The notes under the pieces were generated by a model, which was not told the DNA's origin, made no database searches, and saw only the letters and a list, made by a program, of their open reading frames with translations. From Pyrinomonadaceae bacterium (GTDB taxonomy: Bacteria; Acidobacteriota; Blastocatellia; Pyrinomonadales; Pyrinomonadaceae): 64,000 nucleotides of DNA. Where the stretch lies: contig DATELK010000065.1 in the NCBI GenBank assembly GCA_035276685.1, positions 10,387-74,386 on the forward strand. Direction: 5' to 3'. The position numbers and the translations under genes were made by a program. Shown one piece after another: positions 7,601 to 14,279 of the stretch. Numbering within the stretch: position 1 is the stretch's first letter; each line of letters begins with the position of its first letter.

Positions 7601-9643
7601 CGAGACTTTGCCCGAGAGACTGGGCCCGTCGTTGTTCGTAGTCCCCTTGATGCTGTTCGGGTCAACGTCGAGCGAGAAGGTAAAGGTCTTGCCGGGGTCG
7701 AAGGTGCTGAAGTCTATCTCAAGCACGTCGAAGCCGCCGTTGTGGCTACCGCTGAACCTTGGATTAAAGTAGCCCACGCCGGGGTCGCTGTCCGGCGTGA
7801 AGGTCTTGCCCACGGGGTCGCCGCCCGTGCCCGTAGGGTCAAAGACCATGTCGGGCAGGATTGTGTCTCTCAAATCGACTTTGACGCGCGTGATGCGCTC
7901 GCCCGACTGGGAGCTGTTCGTAATCTTGAAAGAGCCGCTGTTGTAGGTGCTGGCATTAAGGCCGCTCTCGTTCGCCCCGTTGTCGGGCGGCGCAATAGAG
8001 AAGAGCGCCTGCGGCGAGAGCTGCGTCGGGTCTGCAAGTGTGGCCGTGCGCGTAGTGGTCTGCGGAGTGATGCCGCGCACGTTGCCGCCGCCCGTCGTGA
8101 CGATAGTGTTACCTACGACCTGCGCCACGACCGCTCTTAAAGGCTCGGCCAGAGGCGTCAGCTCTCGCCACGTATTTGTAGCTGGATTGTACTCGCTTAA
8201 GTTTCCGAGTTGGTCTGCCGTCAGTCCCTTGCCGCCCGCGATGATGATGCGCTCGTTGACGACGAAGGTGCCGGGCTCGAAGTGCGAGCGGGCAAGCGAC
8301 AGGCTCGCGCGCGAGGCCCACTGTCCCGTCGCGGGGTCGTAGACTTCTACGGTTGTGATGTCGGTGAAATTGTCGTGGTCGTGGCCTCCGCCTATCAGGT
8401 AGATTTTCCCGTTGACGACAGCCGCAGCGTGATGCACGCGCCCGCTCGTCATGGGCGTGGACGTAACCCAGCTCACAGGGTTATCAAGATTCAGAATCCA
8501 GTGGTCAGCCGTGTCCGTGTGGCGGTCGTTCAGCGTGCCGCCGAAGAAGTGTAGCTCACGGCCGACGCGCACCATCGCGCCGCCCGCTCGCACGCCGGGC
8601 AGAGCGGGGCCGTCCGTCCACACGCCCGTAGTCACGTCGTACATCCAGACGTTGCTGATGCCTGTGCCGGGGAAATCTCCCTGAAAGCCGCCCGCTATCC
8701 AGATGTGCTGGTCGTCTACGGCAACGGCGTGGTGCGTCAAGGGCACGGGCATGTCTGTGCCGCGCGACCAGGTGTTCGAGCCGGGGTCGTAAATGTCTAC
8801 GCGAGACGTAGCCTGCAAGCTCTCCGTGATGAAGCCGCCTAGGACGTAGACCTTTCCGGCCGCAACGGTGGCAGGGCCTTCGTAGCGCGCCACGGGGATA
8901 GGAGCCGCCTGCGTCCACGTCAAATTAGATGAAGGCGGCGGCGTAGGTGTAGGCGTCGCAGGCGGCGGCGTTGAGCCGCTGAAGACTTCAATGGCGCTGA
9001 CCTTGGCGTTATCAACACTTGCAGCAAAGCTTATGTCCAACACTCCGTCACTGACCGTCACCGGTACCTGCTCGACTATTGCCTTCAGCGCTCCCCCTGC
9101 CCTCTGATAGATGTCATAGTTGGACAGCACCACGCTGTTCTCCACACTGACATCAAAGACTCTGGAGCCTGCTCCTCCTCCGTTTCCTCCTACCCCGTGC
9201 CATATCTCCGCAAAGTGCAGCCTCACCGTGTATGTCCCGTTCTGCACTGGAATGGCATATTTAAGTGATGGCGTGCCCTGTGCCCCTCCGTATCTCTCTG
9301 TCTGGTAGAGAGAGTCATCCACAGTGTTCTGTATGTCTGTTGATGAAGAGATGGAGAAGGTAGAGCCGTTCTGGAAGTAGGTGTCTGCTTTCCATTGCTG
9401 CCCTTGTGAATCTGTGTAGACCCCGCCTCCTGCGTTCACTCTCTCCACGCTCGACTGCGCCGATGCGGAGTTGGAGAAGAGCGTGCCCCGCAGGAGCGCG
9501 ACTCCGGATAGAAGCAGCAGGGCAACGAGCAGAAGCGCGAGCCTTTTAACTCCTCTATGAGATAAACCTTTGTTGGACGAAATGGAAGCGGATTGCGAGA
9601 ATGGCTGCAAAAGCAGATTGCGCCGGATGCGGGGCTTAGACAT
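1697..9643 (-). CDS. Giant secreted multidomain carbohydrate-binding / propeller protein (2648 aa)
   Basis: N-terminal signal/TM ([18 protein letters not shown]..ASAQS). Two malectin-like domains ([21 protein letters not shown]). Kelch-type propeller ([38 protein letters not shown]). Two FN3 domains ([34 protein letters not shown]). Two CBM-like beta-sandwiches ([13 protein letters not shown].Y ... [15 protein letters not shown]). Two LamG/ConA-like modules. An SGDH/PQQ-type sugar-dehydrogenase-like propeller ([35 protein letters not shown]). Asp-rich thrombospondin-type-3-like Ca sites ([26 protein letters not shown]). PT linkers. Confidence 0.9.
   Translation of the reverse strand: [2648 protein letters not shown]
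2387..2476. repeat. Low-complexity hexanucleotide-period tract encoding a (Pro-Thr)n linker
   Basis: Minus-strand codons read [33 protein letters not shown]. The plus strand reads as repeated ggagtt/ggcgtt units and produces the spurious GVGVGV ORF 2397..2612. Confidence 0.9.
2496..2953. repeat. Intragenic direct repeat, copy 2 (malectin-like domain 2)
   Basis: Aligns without gaps at a constant offset of 6495 nt to 8991..9448. It includes an 86-nt run (2670..2755 = 9165..9250) that is identical base for base. Confidence 0.9.
8991..9448. repeat. Intragenic direct repeat, copy 1 (malectin-like domain 1)
   Basis: See 2496..2953. Same orientation, same gene, 6495 nt apart. Confidence 0.9.
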
Positions 9644-9933
9644 CGAAATCTTCTCCGGTGACGTTCGGAAATGCCGAATAAAAAGTTTTTGAGCCTGCTC
9701 TGGCGGTCAAACGAGCCGGGGAGTGCTCGTCCTGAGGTAAAAGAGGATACCCGGAGGCACAACCTTGGCTCTTTGCTACCGCCGCCTTAGAATCTAATTA
9801 AAATCCTAATAGGCTCTATCTTTTAGTAAATGGAGCGCGCTCCTGTGGGGCGAGCCTCAGCTACCACGTCTCTGGCAGGTCTGGGAAGATTAACATTTTC
9901 GCCTCGCTCGCATCAAAGCGCAGAGCGCACCAA

Positions 9934-10025
9934 GTCAGTGCCGCCTGCGGTAGCGGGCGGGTCTTTAGTCTCAAACATGACTCTAGACAAACTAATACCC
10001 GCCCGCTACCGCAGGCGGTACTGAC
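9934..10025. repeat. 92-bp palindromic element, copy 1 (29-bp GC-rich inverted arms, conserved loop)
   Basis: Left arm GTCAGTGCCGCCTGCGGTAGCGGGCGGGT, 34-nt loop containing CATGACTCTAG, right arm ACCCGCCCGCTACCGCAGGCGGTACTGAC. There is one G:T position in the stem. It lies 27 nt downstream of the wzt stop, so it could also act as a terminator hairpin. Confidence 0.9.
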
Positions 10026-10052
10026 CTGTTTGTCGTCTCTGAAACTGACCTA

Positions 10053-11312
10053 TTATATCTTTGAGACTATCTGGCCGAGAGCGTCTTCGCTCTGTTCACC
10101 TTCGGGCGCGCTCTTAATCGTCCAGTCGTGCGGCGTGAAGAATCGCCCGCGCACTATGCGGCCGGGGTCTACGCGCATCATGGCGCAGTGATACTGCCAC
10201 TCTATGCCTTCGAGGGGCTCTCGCTGCACGACGGTCGCGTCCAGGTGGTAGATGCCCGGCTGAAGCCCAAGCTCGGGGCAGGTGAATTCCACCACTCCCG
10301 CGCCCGGCTCAACGTCCAGCCTTCTCTCGCTCGATTCCGTAGTCAGCTGGCAGTGCAGCTCGTCGTCGCCCGCGTAGAAGAATAGCTCGAAGACAGCATC
10401 CTCTACGCGCTCGTGCGCGAAGTACTCTACCGACACCGAGAGCGGCCCGCCCGTCTTAAAGGCAGTTGTTTCCTGGCCCAACGAGTCGCGGAAGACGACG
10501 GAGCGAACCTCTATCCTGCGCGTGTTGATGCTGGCTCCCGATGGCGGCGGCTGCGAGGCCGTGAAGCTTCCGGCGATGCGCTGGTATTCGGCAATGACTT
10601 CGCGCGGCGGGCCGCTCGCGGCGACCTCTCCGCGCTGAATGAGCAGCACGCGGTCGCACAGTCGCTCCACGGCACCTAGGTCGTGCGAGACGAAGACGAT
10701 GGTTTTTCCGCCGTGCTTGAGGTCTGTGATTCTCTGTAGACACTTGGCCTGAAAGGCAGCGTCGCCTACGGCCAGCACTTCGTCCAGCAGCAGCACGTCC
10801 GGGTCAAGGTGCGCCGCGATTGAGAAGCCTAAGCGCACGTACATGCCCGAAGAGTAGCGCTTGACGGGAACGTCTATGAACTGCCTGATGCCTGCGAACT
10901 CGACTATCTGTTCCAGTTTCTCGGTTATCTCACGCCGCCGCATCCCTAAGATTGAGCCGCTCAGGTAGACGTTCTCTCTTCCGGTAAGCTCCGGATGAAA
11001 GCCCGAGCCGACTTCTATTAAAGCCGAGAGCCGCCCGTTGATGGTTATCTGTCCTGAGGTCGGCGTGGTGATGTTCGACAGGAGCTTGAGAATGGTGGAC
11101 TTGCCCGCGCCGTTATGGCCTATGATGCCGAGCGCCTCGCTTCTTTCCACTTCAAACGTGACATCGCGCAGCGCCCAGAAGTCCTGCGAGCCTCGCCTGA
11201 GCCGTCTCAGGACGCGCGAGACGGGGTTGCCACCTGCCGCGCTTTCATCATCATTTGCGCGCACCTTGTATCTCTTCGAGACGTGGTCGAATTTGAGGTC
11301 AATCATAGCCAT
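10053..11312 (-). CDS. wzt: Polysaccharide ABC exporter ATP-binding protein with C-terminal carbohydrate-binding extension (Wzt/TagH type)
   Basis: Walker A GHNGAGKST, signature YSSGMYVRL, Walker B LLLDEVLAVGD. A ~150-aa C-terminal beta-rich extension resembles the Wzt C-terminal glycan-binding domain. It lies next to an ABC-2 permease. Confidence 0.85.
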   Translation of the reverse strand: MAMIDLKFDHVSKRYKVRANDDESAAGGNPVSRVLRRLRRGSQDFWALRDVTFEVERSEALGIIGHNGAGKSTILKLLSNITTPTSGQITINGRLSALIEVGSGFHPELTGRENVYLSGSILGMRRREITEKLEQIVEFAGIRQFIDVPVKRYSSGMYVRLGFSIAAHLDPDVLLLDEVLAVGDAAFQAKCLQRITDLKHGGKTIVFVSHDLGAVERLCDRVLLIQRGEVAASGPPREVIAEYQRIAGSFTASQPPPSGASINTRRIEVRSVVFRDSLGQETTAFKTGGPLSVSVEYFAHERVEDAVFELFFYAGDDELHCQLTTESSERRLDVEPGAGVVEFTCPELGLQPGIYHLDATVVQREPLEGIEWQYHCAMMRVDPGRIVRGRFFTPHDWTIKSAPEGEQSEDALGQIVSKI

Positions 11313-11330
11313 CTTCGCTTAAGCCGCACG

Positions 11331-12215
11331 TTAGATAACGTCGGCGATTGTCGCCTCCACGCGCTTGAAGTAGACGTAAGATATTGCGAGCAGCACGAGC
11401 GACGTGACAAGCGCTACGCCCAGAGAGACGAAGTCCGGCGGCTCGCCCTGAAGCATCACGCGGCGAAAGCTCTCTATGATTCCGGCCATAGGGTTGAGCA
11501 TGTAAAAGGGGCGCAGCCAAGCGGGCACAGCGCTCAGTGGATAAACGACCGGCGAGGCGAACATCCAGAGCTGCATAAGGAGCGGCATGGCCACGCCTAT
11601 GTCCCTAAAGCGCACCTGTGTCGCCGAGAAAAGGAGCGACACGGCCGTCGCAAAGCAGGTCAGGACGAGGACAATCGGAATGCTGTAGAGAGCCGTCCAA
11701 GTCAACTGTACCTGGTAGTAAACCAGTAGCCCCGCGAACACGATGCTCGCCACCAGAAAATCGAAGAGCGCCGCGATGACGTAAGTCAGCGGAAGAATCT
11801 CTCGCGGGAAGTAGACCTTCGTCACGAGGTCTGCGTGACTGACGAGCCCGTTCGTCGAATTAACGAGCGCCGTGGAAAAGTATGTCCAGGGCAGCAGCGC
11901 AGAGTAGGCGAAGACAGCGTAAGGGATGCCGTCGCTGGGCATGCGCGCTATGTAAGAGAAGATGAGCGTGTAGATGAGCATCAGCGAGAGCGGTTGCAGC
12001 ACGGCCCACGCCACGCCCAGCACAGACTGCTTGTAGCGCACCTTGACGCGATGCACGCTCAGCGTGTAGAGCAAGTCCCTGTAGTGCGAGAGCTTCACCA
12101 CGTCGCGCAGGACGCCCGCGAAGGAGACGGCCGGCGCGCCTATGATGGTCACGCGCCGCTCTCTTGAATCGTAAGCGGCGTCCCGCAACTGCTCCGATGT
12201 GACATCCGAACTCAT
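11331..12215 (-). CDS. wzm: Polysaccharide ABC exporter permease (ABC-2 type, Wzm/TagG type)
   Basis: 294 aa with about 6 TM helices. The N-terminal region LSVHRVKVRYKQSVLGVAWAVLQPL is typical of ABC-2 permeases. It sits immediately upstream of wzt. Confidence 0.85.
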   Translation of the reverse strand: MSSDVTSEQLRDAAYDSRERRVTIIGAPAVSFAGVLRDVVKLSHYRDLLYTLSVHRVKVRYKQSVLGVAWAVLQPLSLMLIYTLIFSYIARMPSDGIPYAVFAYSALLPWTYFSTALVNSTNGLVSHADLVTKVYFPREILPLTYVIAALFDFLVASIVFAGLLVYYQVQLTWTALYSIPIVLVLTCFATAVSLLFSATQVRFRDIGVAMPLLMQLWMFASPVVYPLSAVPAWLRPFYMLNPMAGIIESFRRVMLQGEPPDFVSLGVALVTSLVLLAISYVYFKRVEATIADVI

Positions 12216-12234
12216 CTCTGGACTCTTTATCTCC

Positions 12235-13257
12235 TTATGACGTGCGGCTCATGGCAAGGGAATCGTTGCCTGCCTCGACCGCGCTCTTCGCGCTCTTATT
12301 CTCTTTGTAAAAGTGCTTGCCGTAGAAGAAGCCCGCGAAGTCCCAGACGGCCAGCTCATCCGAAAAGCTTTCGGCGCGGTTCTTATCGAAACGAATCACA
12401 CGCGAGACTTTACTGATTGCACCGCGCACGGCTTTACCCACAATCCAACGCGGCACTCCCAGAAGGTAAGCCACTGGCATGCGCCGCTCCCTGTCAATCA
12501 CTCCCTGAGAGACGCCGCGCCAGAAGCTCCACTGACGAAAGTATCGCTTCGTCAGCCTCTCCGGCGGGATGTAGTGATAGATGACGAGCCCCGGAAGATA
12601 GAACCCACGCGCGCCCGCCTCTCTCAAGCGGTGATACATGTCCTCGTCCTCGCACGAGAGAAGATGCTTGTCCGTGCGGCCGAGCTTAGTCGTGTAGAGC
12701 CCAACCTTTTCCAAGATAGAGCGGCGCAGCACGGAGTTTCCGCCCATCAGTATGCCGGGGTAGTCGTCGTCAAAGGGGCAGCGACTATCGCCTCCGTCAA
12801 CCCATCCGACAACTCCCCTGTAAGAGAGCGGGAACCATTCGGGACACTCCATGCCCCAGCGAGGCGCGCAGGGGCCGCCTATGAAATCGACGCTCGCGTC
12901 GGAGAAGGCCTCGTGAGCCTGCTCGTACCACCCGGCGTCAATCTCTTCGTCGTCGTCAATCATGCCGACGATATCGCCGTCCGTGGCGCGTATCCCTGCG
13001 TTTAAGGCGGGAGACCTTCCCTGCTCTTTTTCCAGAAGATAAGAGACGCGCTCCTGCCCGTGCCTCTCTATGTAGTCTTCAACGACACGGCGCGTCTCGT
13101 CCTTAGAGTTGTTGTCAACGACAGTGACGCGCACCGTGAGGCCTTCGGGCACGCGCGCCGCCATCAGGCTGTCGAGCGTGCGCTTGAGCATCTCGTGCCT
13201 GTTATAGGTAGGCACAATCACGTCCAGCTTCATCGTCGAATCGGTCTTCGGGCTCAT
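12235..13257 (-). CDS. Glycosyltransferase family 2
   Basis: KLDVIVPTYNRHEMLKRTLDSL, VVDNNSKD, IDDDEE (DxD). Confidence 0.85.
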   Translation of the reverse strand: MSPKTDSTMKLDVIVPTYNRHEMLKRTLDSLMAARVPEGLTVRVTVVDNNSKDETRRVVEDYIERHGQERVSYLLEKEQGRSPALNAGIRATDGDIVGMIDDDEEIDAGWYEQAHEAFSDASVDFIGGPCAPRWGMECPEWFPLSYRGVVGWVDGGDSRCPFDDDYPGILMGGNSVLRRSILEKVGLYTTKLGRTDKHLLSCEDEDMYHRLREAGARGFYLPGLVIYHYIPPERLTKRYFRQWSFWRGVSQGVIDRERRMPVAYLLGVPRWIVGKAVRGAISKVSRVIRFDKNRAESFSDELAVWDFAGFFYGKHFYKENKSAKSAVEAGNDSLAMSRTS

Positions 13258-13260
13258 TCC

Positions 13261-14268
13261 TTAAACTCTGGTGCTGGTCTTCAGTATCAGCCTGTCGCGC
13301 AAGTCATAGGTGCGTAGGAGCAGCTGAGGCGCGAGCCGCAGCAGCACCAGCACGACTGCTGTCTTGCGGCTCTTGAAGAAACGGTTAGCTTCCTTCAGAC
13401 ATTCGATAGCGGTCTTCGCGTCGCCTTCGGTGAAAGCGCGCTTGCCTCTGTAGAAGCTGTGCGTCGCCTGAAAACGGGCTCTGGCACGCCCTACAGCTTC
13501 CCTCTCATCATCCGTCAGACTAAGGCTGCGCTCCAGCTTATCCAGCACGCGCACGGAGTTCTCGCAGACCCAGAGCGGGTCGGATGAGAGGCTGCCGCGA
13601 TGGCGGCGGTAGCGAACAAGCACGCGGCGGTGATAGCGTATGCGCCCGCCAGCCTTGATTATCCTGAGCCACAGGTCAAAGTCCTCAGAGCAGTTCAGGC
13701 TCTCGTCATACATCCCTGCGCGCAAGACCATCTCGCGCCGCGCCGTGACGCAGGTCATGACCGTGCAGGTCTGCATCACCAGGCTCTCGAAAGTCACCTC
13801 TCCTTCTGACGGCGCGACCTCCATGAACTCGCGCCCGGCCTCAGGCATGTCACCGAAGACGAGCGCGTTCGGGTAAAGCACGTCAATCGAAGGGTCACGC
13901 TCAAGCGTCTCCATCTGCACGGCGAGGTACTCGGGCTCCCACAGGTCGTCCGGGTCAAGCTGCGCTATGAAGGGCGAGCGAGAGGCGCGTAGGGCTGCGT
14001 TGCGTGCGGCGCTCACGCCACGGTTCTCCTGCTTGAGATAGACTACGCGGTCAAGGTACGGCTCAAGCGCCAGTTCAAACTCTTCCGTGTCGGGCGAGCC
14101 GTCGTTAACGACTATCACTTCAAAGTCGCGAAAGGTCTGTGCGAAGACCGAACAGAGCGCGTCCCTGATGTAACCGGCCGCGCGATAGCAGGGTATGATG
14201 ACGCTGACAGCCGGGACGTGCTCGTCCCCGCCTTCAAGCTTCTTTGCTGTCGCATCAATCGGCTTCAT
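13261..14268 (-). CDS. Glycosyltransferase family 2
   Basis: VSVIIPCYRAAGYIRDALCSVFAQTFRDFEVIVVNDGSPD, QLDPDD, SEDFDLWLRI. The track ORF extends to 14328. The ATG at 14268 avoids a 49-nt overlap with the upstream gene. Confidence 0.8.
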   Translation of the reverse strand: MKPIDATAKKLEGGDEHVPAVSVIIPCYRAAGYIRDALCSVFAQTFRDFEVIVVNDGSPDTEEFELALEPYLDRVVYLKQENRGVSAARNAALRASRSPFIAQLDPDDLWEPEYLAVQMETLERDPSIDVLYPNALVFGDMPEAGREFMEVAPSEGEVTFESLVMQTCTVMTCVTARREMVLRAGMYDESLNCSEDFDLWLRIIKAGGRIRYHRRVLVRYRRHRGSLSSDPLWVCENSVRVLDKLERSLSLTDDEREAVGRARARFQATHSFYRGKRAFTEGDAKTAIECLKEANRFFKSRKTAVVLVLLRLAPQLLLRTYDLRDRLILKTSTRV

Positions 14269-14279
14269 AGAAATTTCGG

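Noticed and set aside
9830-10024. ORFs 9830..10024 and 56582..56875 share the peptide SVPPAVAGG, which hints at a conserved small protein
   Set aside because: The shared peptide is a translation of the left arm of the 92-bp palindromic repeat. Outside the repeat the two ORFs are unrelated, and neither has an SD.
9934-10025. Integron attC site, or simply a Rho-independent terminator
   Set aside because: The ends do not match the attC R'/R'' consensus (GTTRRRY / RYYYAAC) and no integrase is nearby. A pure terminator reading does not explain the second copy upstream of a promoter, the conserved loop, or the absence of a T-tract.
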